This document shows, one piece after another, positions 37,501 through 51,370 of a stretch of 64,000 nt of DNA. The stretch spans positions 50,472 through 114,471 of the forward strand of contig MQRK01235832.1 of NCBI GenBank assembly GCA_001938485.1, written 5' to 3'. This DNA is from Girardia tigrina. Lineage: Eukaryota. The first letter of the stretch is position 1. The number at the start of each line of letters is the position of its first letter. The notes below the pieces were generated by a model. That model searched no databases, was not told the origin of the DNA, and saw only the letters and a list, made by a program, of their open reading frames with translations. Both the position numbers and the translations under genes were made by a program.

Positions 37501-38900
37501 TGATATTATTAACAACATCAATATGAGGTTTACAACATTTATTTATATTACAAGCGCATTCACTATTTGACATCTCTCTTGATCTATATATTTCTGAGCT
37601 CAAACTAATTATTTTCAATAAATGAAAATCTGTTAATAAAAATTATTAATTATAAAGAATCTAATTTGTTGAAATTAAATCGAAACATTTTTTTAAAAAA
37701 AAGAACATATTAAATTAATATATTAAAATTTTAAATTACATTAAAAAATAAATAATACATTCAAAAATTATTTTAAATATTTTTTACTTTACAATTAAAG
37801 TAAATTATTTTTAATTAGTAAGAATCAAAGAAAATATCAATCATCCATCTGTGTAGGAGAGGCTCAATCCGAATCAACATTCTACATGCACAATATCAAT
37901 ACACAATTCAAAAGATTCCTCATATACCCCTCGGTTTAAATGGCTTTAGCCATTCAACATTTCTAATCAAAGTTTTACCATCTTCGAGCTGTAACTCGTA
38001 ACTCCTTTCGTGATTTCGTTTCAACACAATTGCCGGACCCATGTAACGGTCATCTTGTTTTGATATATTTTCTTTTTTTATCAACACTGTCTCCAATTTC
38101 AAAAACTCTTCTTGTTTCCACATTTTGTTCGACATTAACTTGGTTTCCGTTAGTTTCTTTATTGTTCTTCCACCAATGTCTAAATCGTCTCCCAAATATT
38201 ATTTCAGCCGGTGAAACACCTGTCATAGCTTGAACTGTACTATTCAACATAAATTCTATTTCCGACAAAACTTCTGTCCAATCTCTGTGGTTTCCGTCCT
38301 TCATTCTAATATTTATAGCATCTCTGATTGTTCGAAATTGTCTTTCCACTATCCCATTTGTATTATGATGATATGGACTTGAATAGATTATCTCTACTTT
38401 GAACCTTTTAATTGTATCTTTGAACAAAGCCGATTCAAATTTTTTTCCTCTATCAACATGGATTTCTTTTGGAGGTCCAAATTTCCATATCCATGTTTCC
38501 AATATCACTCTACGAACTGTTTTTTTCATCTTGCAAGTACGTATTGATATTCGTTTATGTTTCTTTTGAATGGTCCACAGAAGTCCATGTATATTTTCTG
38601 GAAAGGTTCATCTACCGACAATTTTATATGTTTTTCTTTCGTTTTCGCAGTTAATGTCTTTCTTTTTTGACAATTTAAACAACTTTGGACTACTTATTTA
38701 ATGAAATTCCTCATATTTTCCATGTCAAAATCTTCTCGAAGATAGTTATAGACTTTTTTACTATCAGCATGGCATAACAGCTTGTGCATCTCTTCAATGA
38801 AATTTGTTCGTTTTTCTTTTGGGATCAAGTATTTATTGTCCTGAGTTGCCACGCTGTCATTTTATAGTGTCCATTTCCTCGTTTTCCCTTTTCTGATATC
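37501..38900 (-). mobile_element. Gypsy LTR retrotransposon 3' part: integrase, PPT and 3' LTR (37501-37924)
   Basis: HHCC remnant (MHKLLCHA...CLNC), FGPPKEIHVDRG, SSPYHHNTNGIVERQFRTI and GPY/F-like RYMGP. PPT GAGGGGTA abuts LTR T(A)TGAGGAAT...ATATCA. Confidence 0.88.
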
Positions 38901-41699
38901 TTCAACAATTTGTTTTGAAATTTTCAGATCTTTTCAAATATTTAACGTTATTTTTACGAAACATCTGTCTCATTAGATTTTTCTAGATTTTTACCTAACA
39001 CTCAATAATTTTTAGATTTTTATGTATTTTATGTTTTCATTGTTTATTGCTGGTAATTTCGAGCATTGGTATTATTGCTTTTGTAGATAATCTTCCAGAT
39101 TTTGTGTTTCTATTTGTTTTATTTTGTATGATTTGTTTAATTTTTCAGCACAAATGGTTATTCCTTTATTTATTCTTTGATTTTATTCCTTCTTAAGTGT
39201 TTTTTTCAATTCTATCGAAACATTTTGCGGTGATCACAATAATTTCGTCCCGAAATTTCACAAATATAACCATTAAAATACACACTAAGCTATTCAGCAT
39301 ACCATCTCATGAAAGATGTATATATAAATTAGAAAGATAATGGATTAAAATAATGTGAGCAGTTGAACTGTCTATAAATAAAATGAACGTTATTAAAAGA
39401 TTGATCTGTCTACGTATGTCAACAAACAATGTTTATCAAAGAGTTCAAGTGTTTTTATACTATTTACAAGAACTCTTCTTCTCCTCAGTTCAGAATTGTG
39501 ATCTGTCGGTCGAAAAATCTCTCATTTGGCATTATGGACCAAGCACATCTACATTGATTCAAATAATATTCGATTCGGGCCATCAATTGTTCTGTTACTA
39601 GATCCTTCTACATCATTGGCGCGTTAACAAAAACAGTCGTCCGTCTTGTTAATGAACAAACTCGCAAAAAAAGCATTTTCATTATTCATTATAATTATTG
39701 GGTTCTTGATCAAAAGACGTTGTCATTAACAAAACACTTTATTTCTACCACAATGTGAGTTTTTTTAAACAAATATTTCCGAGGAACTTTTGCACTTTCT
39801 TTTTACACAAACCATTGCAAAAATTGATATAAATATAAATATGGTTATTGTATTTTTTTACGAATTAAAATTCTATACTATTTTTTAATAAAAAAATTAT
39901 AAAGTTAATTAAAATTTTGTCACAAAGATTTTGTTGCGTCTTATATTAAATTTCAATTTTATTGTACCTTTAAATTTACCTGTTTCTCAATTAAATTTCC
40001 CAATTCTATACAATAGCATTTTTCATTTCGTTTTTATAATAGTTTTAAAAATTACTTTGGATTTAATAAAATAATATTTGGAAAATAGAATTTAAAATCG
40101 CAATTTCGTTTAATTTAACAACTTTTAAATTACCCCTTTTTTTACATAAAAAACAAAATTATATTTCCATTGATAATTACGTTTTCCAAAAAAAATTAAA
40201 AAGGCATTTTCATTTAAGTCGATTTAATTGTTTTACAATTATATTTTGATTCAAATTAAAATTTCCAAAAACAAAATTAAAATTACATTTTTAATTTACT
40301 TCGATTTAATCGTATAAAAATAAAGTTACAAAAATAGTTTAGTTTACTTTCATTTCGAAAATAAATATTAAACTTTATATTACTTTTGATTTTATCTCAA
40401 TTAAATATTTTCATCAAATTTGAAATTAACTTTTTTACTTTATAATAAATCTTTGCATAAATCTTTTAATAAACCTACCGTAAAATTTATTTTATTTCTT
40501 ACATAAATTAATTTTTACATTAAATTTCTGAAAATCTTATTTTAACATTTTTTTACGGAATGTAATTTGTTTAATTATTATTTTGATAAGATTGTAAATT
40601 GAAAAATTTTATGAACTCAACAACGCTCCCAACAATAATGAAAAGTGAAATAACATAATTATCGCTAAAAAGCGTCCTTCTTTAATTAAAAGTTTTTTCT
40701 TTGTTAACTTTAAGTAAAAAAATCGATCTTAGGAAGAAAGTCTTAAATAATAACCGAAAAAATAACAACACAAAAAGTATTTATTTTTTACTTATCATAA
40801 AACTCCTTATACCATTAAAATAGATTTGTACAACGCAAATAGCAGTGGATTGAACGACATTATGAAAGCGTATCTCATAGACGAACGAATGGGAGTCCCA
40901 ATTCCCGTAGTACTTACATCAACACGAGCGTACAAGAAATCGGTCCTGATCTCAGTGAGCATCGAAACACGGACACAGCATATCCAACCACACGACGACC
41001 AAGACATTTATTTCAACCCACTGATCTCCATCAAACATTTTCTATTCAGGAAAAGACAAAAACCGAATGAAATAATAAACAAACACATCGAGAAAGGATG
41101 GCAGACATCTAACAAACATGAGGCGGCCATCTCGCCCCATCAATCGACAATAACGTTCGCGTTGACTGAACGATTCTATTTCCAAACATGGCGATAAAAA
41201 TATGAAATACGAACTCGCATCGACGACGAGATAAGTCCGATCGATCGAATAAAAACTTGAAGTAAAAATAAAACATATTTATTGTAAACACAAACGTTGG
41301 GTTCAGAACACTTTCCATACATGTTGTTCGACTTGCTTTGTTGACCAAATTTTTTAAACCTTTAGATTATTAACAAATAGTAAATTCTTTTACAGGGTGG
41401 CCCAATGGGTACGCAGCCTCTAATTTTTGCATATTCTAAATCTACTCGTCAAGACGAGTATTTTGATATATAACATGTGAGGTGTAAAAATTCCAGAACT
41501 AGACCTTTTTGCGCAATGAAGGTCAAATTTTGAAACTCAGAATTTTGTTATAAAAATGGATTCATTTTGTGGATTTAAAAAAAATTTTTTTATGTTGTTG
41601 TAGTTGATTTTCTTTTCTCTTTTTTGGTTTTTATTATCAGTTTGTTAATTTTTTATGTTTCTTATTATATTTTTTTGTTTTGAGATCACTACAATCATG

Positions 41700-43075
41700 T
41701 TTCACTGAAGATCGTTTCGACAGGAAATTTTCTTTGAAGTTGTAAAAGTTAGCAATATCATCCTTTGCATTTTGGAGATACCAAACTCAATTTTTCCTAA
41801 CCATATTATGTTGCCTTTGAACGTTGGCAGTAATAAAATTTTTCATTTTTATCTTCAAAATTCTTCTCAATTTCTGTTTCAATAGTGTTTTTGAGACTTT
41901 ATTTCCTTGTTCATATACATTCGTCACATTTAAGATTATTTCGTCCGTGTTTATTTCATAGTTTTCATGTAATTCAAATCTTTCTATTCGATTGTTCGGG
42001 ACTTTAATCACATTTTCAGATTTCATATTATCAAGAGCTTTGTTCCTACAATTCGAGCCATGATTTATTGATCATCATATAGGTTCTCAACAAATTTACT
42101 CTTTTCATGGATACACTGTATTCACAAAGCGTACAATCATCGAGGTTAGAAAAATTATCCGGATGCATAAGATACCGGTATTTAAAGGCCTTAATGATAC
42201 CTTGGTCTTGCGGCTGGATGACTGAGGTGGAAGTTATTGGAAAAAAAGAGTAGTTCTACATTTTGAAAGACGCATGTCTAAACATAGATGGATTTGTCTT
42301 TTCTGTGAAGCCATTAAACTGTCAAGATCTTTTAGCCAATTATAGAATAAAAGTCCAGTCATCCAAGTTTTTTAGTAGATCGATGTTGTATTTTTAGATT
42401 TTTAAAATTTCTTTTGCACTTCTGACACAACGTGGGTCTTGTGATTTAGCAATGGACAAAATTCAAAATTTTTCTCCTCTCATACTAATCGCAAAAAGTA
42501 ATGTAATTCTTTCATTTTGTGGTTTAAATTTTTGCAAATGATCATTTTCATGAATCTATTTCTTGTTGACTTGAAAAGCATTCCAGTTTCATTGCAATCT
42601 CCATATTTTTTGATTTTTTTCTGCTAAAGCTTGGAACGATTCTTTGAAACTTGTTTAATCCACAAGTTCATTCCCTCCAGATAGTATTGTACTTTTGATT
42701 AAAAAGTTTTGCTTAAAGCAAGTCAAACACCCGTTAAATGCTACAAAACCTTCTAAATCCAAGTTTCTTAGCGATTTTAAACGCCTTTGTTTGCAAATCG
42801 TTATCTGAAATACAGTAGTTTTTCGATCTCATTTAAACAAACCATTCAAACTGTGATTCGTTAAGAAAACCGGTTTTTCTTGGCATCGATTTGATCTTTT
42901 CTTCATCAATTTTAGTATTTATTATTTCCTCGTTTGTAGTAATAGTACTATTTACAACGCCAACGGAAACTTTGAATTCACTTGCAATTTCTTGCTGTGT
43001 CAAAAATCTAATTATTTTATCAAATTTGATAATTTCTTTCTTCTGAGTCACAGAAAGCCGTTTTCTTTCTTTTAT
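41700..43075 (-). mobile_element. Decayed pogo/Tigger-like (CENP-B type) transposase
   Basis: RKRLSVTQKKEII...QQEIASEFKVS HTH, NETGM, ERITLLFAIS..GEK and TSVIQPQDQGIIKAFK. Confidence 0.75.
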
Positions 43076-43564
43076 TGATTACTGGAAATTTTCTTGTTCA
43101 TTATTTATTTTCTAAAAAAGGGGAAAATTTAAATTTGCTGTTATTATTTAAAACAAAAAGTAAAAGAAGATAAAATCCATAAAAAACAATATTAATATTA
43201 AATATCACTAATGATCACTAATGTTACCATGTCTAAGAGGCATAATGTAAGCACTTCATGTTGATGTTGTACCAAAAATGTATATTGTATATTGTAGATA
43301 TATTTTGGCTTAGATCATTTATTCCAATGTATCATTCCTGTTTCGTAAACAGAAATTAAGAATCAGTTTTTGCAATTGACTACACAATCATTATTTTCGC
43401 ATTTTGATACAGGTTAATTAAATTATTAACCAGTGTTCGATCCGACCGGGGGGAACGCACGAATAATTCCAATGGGGATGTCAATGGCCTTCATGCAATT
43501 TTTTCGTCAGGGTGTGATCAAGACAGAAATGCTGAGTTTAACTTTTGAAAGGTGGCTGAACTCA

Positions 43565-43770
43565 CCAAAAAATTCCTCAATTTAACGCTCAGACTCAAAA
43601 ACATGAGCCATTAACAGTTCATATGCTTCAAATGCAGTTGCAATGTCATTTGTACCTGAATCAGTGAAAAAACAATACAAAGTTAAATAATGTTAATTTT
43701 ACTTGCAACACTGGTCGAAAAAAAGAATCTTTTTTTATTCTCCCAAGTAACCTCCATCAACTCAAACATC
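43565..43770 (-). other. Possible unannotated two-exon coding fragment with a 46-nt intron
   Basis: MFELMEVTWENKKRFFFSTSVA|STNDIATAFEAYELLMAHVLSLSVKLRNFL stays in frame across GTAAAA...TTCAG (43657-43702) and ends at a GTGAGT donor. Confidence 0.3.
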
Positions 43771-44439
43771 GACTACCAGTTCTAGATAATATAATCTCAT
43801 TTCATTTTATCAATATCTTTCACAATTGACACAGAATCACCGTTAAAAAAGCGTTGATATTTCTGATTTATTTACTGAATTTATTCTCTTTTTCTCGTGG
43901 AAAATTTATTTATCCGTATCTTTACGTTTAATTTTCATCAGTGATTTGTAAATCTTTGTATTTTGATAAGTGTAAAAATAAGTTATCACAAAAAATGTTT
44001 TTTGGAGCCAGTTTTTGAGAAACGAAATTTTGTCGTCGTGTAAACAGTTTTATGAATTGTTCTCATCTGATAAAAACATTTTCAGTTTGTTTGATTAATC
44101 GAAAGTTTCTGAGTGTGAAAATTGAATTGATCGGAAATTTTCGTATAAAGAAAAAGATGATTGTTAAAAAAAATGTTCGAGAAAAGATCTTGCTTTGATT
44201 TATGAATTGGGAACACAGCACAAATGTCGTTGATAACGAAATGAGCGATAAAAGCATTGAAAATTTCGACCCTCGTCGTTCAAAGTGTCGAGAGATTAAT
44301 CACCGAGTGCAGTTGTGATTACAATGCGCCAGTATTGTACGTGACGGATGTGATCGTGCGTCAATCAAGCTACCAGTATTTCGATTAAGACGTCTTCTTG
44401 TCGTGATTCATGAGAAATGTCTTCACGACGTCTTTATAC

Positions 44440-44630
44440 TCTAGCAAATTTGATCCAAAAGATCTCCAATCGCTAGAGCGAGCATTGAGATTGGGGCAAC
44501 CGAACGGCATGTCTCTGATAGACTTGTTGGAGGCACTGCTGAGGCTGGCGGAAGCGTCCGAGGGCGATTTGAGACGGCCGATTGCGATGTTACAGAATGC
44601 GTCACTGCTGGTTGGTGAGGAGCGAGCGGT
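44440..44630 (+). pseudogene. Replication factor C small-subunit-like fragment
   Basis: EALLRLAEASEGDLRRPIAMLQNASLLVG resembles the RFC sensor-2 motif (SEGDLRKAITFLQSA). Isolated GC-rich patch. Confidence 0.5.
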
Positions 44631-45429
44631 CAGTAAGCCTTTGTGTGTTTTATTCCCCCCGTCCAAGAGGCACTATATTGTCGGCGCCGGAGCCTCGCGA
44701 CCATGCTCTGCGCACTCTGTTACTGCCAAAACTAGTGACCTGCAGATGACTATTGATCCGTTGAAATATTTTTTTAATGATGAGCTTTGTTTTTAATATA
44801 AATAAATAAAATGGTTCTGTGTGATCTACTACCTGCATATGATGCTTTGAATGATAAATAAAATTTGGCTTACATTTTCCCCAAATTATTTTTCAATGGA
44901 TTCTTCATACTGATGTTATAATTTGTTTTTGTGTCTTCTTTTCTGGAATTCATTTCAAATGTTAATTTTGCATTTACTAGAAATATCTGACAAAAAGTTA
45001 TAAATGAAGGGATATTATATCACTATAATAATGAATTTTTGTTACTTCTCCATAATGTTTATGTCCTTTATTCCCAAGATAATATCCAGCGGTTTATTGC
45101 CCAAGTTGAATCACCAAAAAATTAAAAATTTTATAGTTGCCCTCTTTTTTAATGAATATATAAAATGGATACAAATATCTATACAGTAATGTGGTTATTT
45201 AGAAATGTTTGAAAATTTATGAGTGAGAACGTACTCGAACTGAAACGCATATTGTCCATCTCCTATGCAGTAAATCTGTAGAATTTGTGTCTCTTAAAGT
45301 TTATTTTTGCAAACTTTTACGTTTTTTTTATCATAGGTAGACATAGAGCTTGACTGAGTTATTGAACCCCTGGAGTGTACTGTGGGAACCCTGGTTGAAA
45401 ACCATTTCTTTTGAACTTTAGTGGTTAAG

Positions 45430-46050
45430 CCGTAGGCACACCCAATTATGCACAAGCCTTCTTCATATATCTTTATTTGAAGCCTCTCTTTTCAGACAAC
45501 ATATACTCAATCTGCTTATTCTTTTAAATCATCTGCCCATCGTCTCTTTTGTCTTGCTCTTTGTCTTTCTCATTTCCCTCTTCCTTTAATCATAGCCTTC
45601 GCTAATGTTTGTTTGCTTATTTGATGTCCGCAAAATTTTCGCTTCTTTCTCTTGATGATTTTTTCTATTGATTCCTATCTTTTACCTTGTACTTTGTCAC
45701 TCTCATCCAGATAAAGTAGTTGGTCTTCTATTCTTTTCACGTAATTTTCAGCATTCTCCTGTAGTACTACATTTCATATGCTTTAAGTCTATTAATGTTC
45801 TTTTGATTTATTTTCCAACTCTCGAATCCATCTAGTGAAGTCCAGACATTAGCCTTAGTGATCTTTATTCTGCTCTAGAGGTTAAAAACTGTGCTAAGCT
45901 TAATCTATGCACTTTTTGTAATACAAATACGATTTCTGATTTCTTCTTCCGTTCCTTTATTCTGTGTGATAGTAGAGCTTAAGTGTTTGAAACTCCTAAC
46001 TTGTTTTAGCTTCTCCCTTCAATGTCGATCTCCAGTTTAACCTCATTGTC
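45430..46050 (-). mobile_element. RTE LINE 3' fragment
   Basis: QVRSFKHLSSTIT...EEIRNRI...ESWKI...RLKAYEM..YRRMLKI motifs. Confidence 0.7.
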
Positions 46051-47187
46051 CTAAAACCATTATTCTGTTATTTTCTCTATTGATTTCCATTTAAAATTTC
46101 ATTAAAGAATTATGTTAGTGAAAAAGTTTTAGAGATTTTGAATTAATTTTACAATTAATTCTAGTTAGTTTTTATCATTAAATGAAATATTATTCAAATA
46201 AATTAAACATAAACTATGTACTTTTTGCAGTGTTATTTTATTTAAAAATATTTTTAGAAGTGAATTTTAAATGAAAAAAATTTCAAGTAAAAATCGTAAA
46301 AATGATTAATTTTATAAAGAACTTTTAAAAATTTAAAAATGAAATAAATAATACATGACTCTCATGACACATGAGAATTTTTTTCGAATACTCATTATTA
46401 AAAAATCCAGAAATAATACTTATTAGAATGACGACAAATGGTGAAGGATTTTAGAAGAATCATCTCGGAGATGTTTTAATAATAATTGTGTCAGTGCTCT
46501 GCAAATGACCATTTACATTCTATCATTTATTTAAATAATAAAAATTATGTTTTCACTTGTTACAAAAGAATTATGATTTAGATCCAAACAAATTCAAAGG
46601 AACCGTTAAATAAATCTTTGCTTATCGATTACAATAATTCCATATCAACGAATAATTGATCGATATCATGCAATTTTGAAAATCCATAGCATCAGCGAAT
46701 AAATTAACTGATTGTAATTGAACTAACTGGAAGGTGTACCGGGCGGTTAAGGGGAGTTACCGTTCTCCGGGCTACTTAACTGTTGGGAGACCCGTTCTCT
46801 CCAGATTTGGTATGAACTGCATGTCTCCGTCGTAATTAATCGGAAATGGGCCTTTCAGGATCAAGAAAATTCCCGGGGCTTCTCGGTCGGCCATTTTGAT
46901 TTTACTGTCGGAACGTTTGACAAAAAACTGTAATCATTGATTATTGTAAAAGTTCTTCGATCCTCATAGAACACTGTCAGATACTTTTGAATTGAAATGC
47001 AAAGACAATTTGACATATGGATTATTTATATTAGACATTAGAATATTGCAAAGAGTAAACGAAGTCAGCCAAATCAAATTGTATTTATCGTTCCTAAAAC
47101 GTGTCAACATTATATCGAGTAAAACAACGACTTTACATAATATTTTTTTAAAAAATCAATTAAACTTTTAAATTTAATGTTAATAAA

Positions 47188-47409
47188 TTTCAAATATTTG
47201 TGAAGATTTTGTTAAGAAAAATGATAAATTTTGAAATTGCAAAAAGTGATAACATAGAAAATGTTTAAGTAGAAATCCAAGGCAAAGAAGCAATTCTTTT
47301 GAATCAACAGATTATGGTGGGTAACGATTGGAGAACATGTATAAATTGAAAGATTTTAATATCAAGAAGGATTCAACTATGCATTTGGCTTTGAGATTAA
47401 TGTGGTGTC
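47188..47409 (+). pseudogene. Ubiquitin pseudogene (not in the ORF track)
   Basis: FQIFVKILLRKMINFEIAKSDNIENV*VEIQGKEAILLNQQ...KDFNIKKDSTMHLALRL/CG aligns to ubiquitin [41 protein letters not shown]...[20 protein letters not shown], with a stop and frameshifts. Confidence 0.85.
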
Positions 47410-48447
47410 CGATGGACAAAACATAAATTAAATAAAAGAAGACAGTTAAAAGCATATGCAACTAGAACCAGAATTCAAAGACGTGATACTTCTACTGAAA
47501 AGCCCGACCAGTTACTGGAAGAATACGATAAGATGTTAAGCCTTGGATATAGATTGAAAAGGAGGAAAATTGAAAGATTGAAAAAACTATTTAATTTCTT
47601 AAAAATATATTTTAGTAGCTTGATATTATAAATTTACGAAATAACTTTTATTTATTTTATTATTTCTAGAAAGTTCTTATTATAAAAATTTCTACTGAAT
47701 ATCAACTTTTAGATTTTAAACTCTGTTTTTGTTTTACATAATTGTTTACTTTTTGTTTGAATTTTAAATCAAAAAATTCAAATAAGGGGGCGAATCGAAA
47801 ATTTTAACGAACTCCTTAAACACTTAAATAATCTAGTAATGGCTTGTTTCCGCGATTGTTAACTACTGAAATTATTCTTATTCCTCGATTTAATGAAAAA
47901 AGTTTTATTTTAAAATAAAGAATCTCAATTTAAAATAAAAGAATCTTAATTTATAATTAAAAATAATATTATACAATACATCATACAACGACATACATAC
48001 CATTTAAAATATTCTTCAAAACAACTAATTTTAAATTTATTGTATAAAGAACATTTAGATAAGTCTCATTTGAATTTTTATTGCAATCACATTTAGAGTC
48101 ATTGCGACTCTCAGAAGGTCTTTCATCGTTTGTCTAAGTTCTAGTTTGTTTTCTTATTTCTGTTTTTAATCATGATTATTCGAACAATTTTTCTAAATCA
48201 TTTTTTAAAATATTTAACTTTTAAAAAATATTAATTAAAAATAATAATTTTAACCATTTCTCAATAAAACTCTAAATAATAAAAATGTTATAAAATTATT
48301 AAAAATGCATTTAATTTAAATTTTACTAAAAAATATTAAACTGAATTTTAATTGTTTAATTAAAAATATGAACTTATAAAATTATTATTACTAACTTTGT
48401 GAATAGTCAATCACTTTTAAATTTAAAGTTTAAATTTAAATAAAAAA

Positions 48448-48557
48448 TACCAATTTCCATCTGAGTGGGAGAATCACCATTCTAAATTCAACATACTTAA
48501 ATCAACATACAACATCCATACATTCACACATTTAAACAATTTAAAATATTCCTCACA
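48448..48557 (-). repeat. LTR-family 5' portion
   Basis: TGTGAGGAATATTTT start at 48557 and the CTCCCACTCAGATGGAAATTGG motif. Confidence 0.6.
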
Positions 48558-48699
48558 TATTGTATTTTGAAATAATGAATTTTGGTCTTTTGGGATTCGG
48601 TCATTTGACACAAACCCGGTTACCTGGAACTTTGAGGTTTACTCCAACTTTTTCTTCTGTTTTACTTGTTGTACTGGTTTGTGCTGGTGTCATTGTGAA

Positions 48700-49420
48700 T
48701 TCTCCAATTTATTCTGTCGCTTACAATTTATGATCCTGTTTAACGTACCTGGTCAGCCACCCATTCGTTTTATATGATGTTTTACACAGTGTACATGGAA
48801 AAAGTAATTGTTGTTGTTGTATCTCATTGGGCTAATCAGGATTAGCAAAAATGGACACCGAATGGTCCCTTTTGATGTATCTGTTCAGCTCCTTCTTTTC
48901 GGCAAACTCCTTGCAGCATTTTTCTACTGGGTATTAGTTATGTTTCTCTCTCTCGTTGATCAGCATCGGCACAGTTGTTCTTGTCCTATTGAGTCTTAGA
49001 GGTCAAATTAAAGAGTTTATGTATGTTTTCCTCGATAAAGTATGGTCTCTGTGAATGATGTGGTTAATGAAATCTCCATAAACCGCATCATATCAAAATA
49101 GCCATTGTATCTCAATTCGGAGGAATTCCGAGATTGATTACTTCTTTCTCCCAATGATCTTTTCCCATCTGATTCGTTTGATCATCTGGTACTCCTGTGA
49201 AGTTTCCATCTTTCTGTGGAAAGTAACTTTACTACTCGCGATAATATCCATGAGATGTGAGAGTGCAATGTTTAGGGTGTCCATATGGATTTTTTCAATT
49301 TTATGTTTCTTCATAATTATGCGGGTGCATAGGTTATGAAGGGCATGCAACTTCTTAATGTTCTTGTCCGCATTCATCCAGCTTTCACAGCAATTTTAGA
49401 CTACGGAGAATATCCTCCAA
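48700..49420 (-). mobile_element. Second decayed copy of the zinc-finger-tailed RTE-like LINE
   Basis: CESWM..KKLHALHNLCTRII...IRWEKIIGR and KEFAEKKELNRYIKRDH, parallel to 15840-17150. Confidence 0.55.
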
Positions 49421-51029
49421 TACACAAGGATTCACACTTGTGACACTTATATTGGTGAACTAGATCACCTTTCATACTCAATCGTATTTTAGCTTTATTA
49501 TAAAAATATTAATTTAATAATTTATTTATTTTATCTTTTATTACGGTATTATTTTATTATTTTTATCATTGTATTATTTGTTTTTTTGTTCAATTATCAT
49601 AATTGTAAATTTTGATGTTATTGAAAATATTTTCTTATTTGTCTCTTAATTTTTATATATTTGTAACAAAAATTATCCAAAGATTTCCGAGCAGCAAAAC
49701 TGAATATAAATTCTCCTTTTCCTGAATTTTCTTTTACATTAATTGTATGATTGGTACGAACTTCATAATTACTAATTAGCATTAGTCAATCTTTGAGTTT
49801 TGTAATTACTTAATGCAAAAATTGGTTTTATTAATTCATCATATATAATTGCCAGAGCTTTGCAAATACGATTCCGTACACTTTGGACACTTCTTCTCCT
49901 TCCTCAACGAATATTTCAACCTTAATTTAGTGATAATTTCCAAAAAAATATTAAATTTATGAAATGTTTTCAATTTTTTATTATTTTAATGAGTAAATTT
50001 TTATAAATATAAATAATAAATTTACTTTTAAAACTCCTTTAATCTTTCCATATCGAAAAATTATTAAACATTAAAAGAAAAATCAAATAATATTTTATTT
50101 TTTTCCTTTAGGAAGTTTAATAATAATTTAAAATATTTCTGATAATAATTGAAAATTTAAGTTTAAAACCTTCTTATAATAATGAATATTTATTTTTTTT
50201 TACAATAAATGTATTTTATATTTTGAAATATTACTTTTTGTTATCGTAAAAAAATATTTATATTTAATAAATAATTCTTTATCTTTAAATTTTGTATAAT
50301 TTCTGATTTATAAATTTATATTTATTCAGAAAGAAGTAATTTTTTTGAAATGATTTCAAATAGAATGTTTAATTAATTATGTATAATTTCTAAATAAAAG
50401 ATTGAAAAAATAATTTCTTTTTTATTATAATATATTTATTGTTAATTAAATAAAAATTATATTTAAATATATTTTAGAGAAAATAAATTTTTTAGTATAA
50501 AATTTAGAAAATAAACTATTTGATAAATTAAAAAGGTTGTCTCATAAATAATTTTAGATACATTAAAATTATGAATTTATTGCAAAAATAAGTCTTTTTT
50601 AATAGCAATTATAATATGATGTATGATATATATTGTCCACTCGAATTCTTTGCGAAATAATTTTCGTATGACAAATATTTTAAATTGTGTATGAATGCGG
50701 TGCGCTTATTTGAGTGTGCGGAAATCGGAATTGTGATTCTCTCACCCTGTTGGAAAATTGGTGTTTTAATGTGTTAGGAATTAAAAAGGCTATGAAAATT
50801 TTTGAAAGAAGGTTATATTAAATATTTACAAATTAAAATTTTTATATAATTAAATATGTAATGTTTGAAAAAATAAAATTACTAAAATTAAGAAGAGCAA
50901 TTAAATTGATAATAATAAATTTTTTTTGAGAGTTTTTAATATAATATAACAAAGTAAAATTTATAATTTCTATGTGGAACGATTTTAAAAAAATTAATAA
51001 AATTAAATGAAACGATTAAATATTTTAAA

Positions 51030-51370
51030 ATTTTTAAAAAATTTATGTCTGGCAATTTTTGTAAATAAATTGGTGAAATATTTCTCCTTATTTGACATTT
51101 GGAAAAGATCATCAATTAAAATAACATCCCCTTTTTGGAAACGTGAAGACCAGTTTTCATCAAATCCATTGATGATCTTAACACCTTTTAATTTACAAAA
51201 TTCATATTCAGTTAGTCCACTTTCACCTCCTCCACCTTGATGCCAATAGATTCGTTTAAATTTGTTTTTAAACATGTCGTTTCTCTGCAATAACTGACAT
51301 ACAAATGTTTTTTTCCACTATCACTTGGTCCAACTATCTGGAATACAGCATTGTTGTTAAGATTCATTTT
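51030..51370 (-). mobile_element. Polinton/Maverick-type A32-like packaging ATPase fragment
   Basis: Walker A VFQIVGPSDSGK, Walker B VILIDDL and LFTKIARH; frame-shifted. Confidence 0.7.

Noticed and set aside
41393-41412. CAGGGTGGCCCAATGGGTAC as the terminus of the pogo-like element
   Set aside because: It resembles the rosa-type TIR at 30253 instead, and no matching partner end was found.
44650-44838. NSHLQVTSFG as a Helitron motif on the minus strand
   Set aside because: Single short match with no supporting motifs nearby.
2363-48557. Dispersed TGTGAGGAAT...CAGATGG repeats as a novel ncRNA or SINE family
   Set aside because: One copy is joined to a PPT and Gypsy integrase and ends in CA, so LTRs explain them. 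Only the conserved box is kept as a finding.
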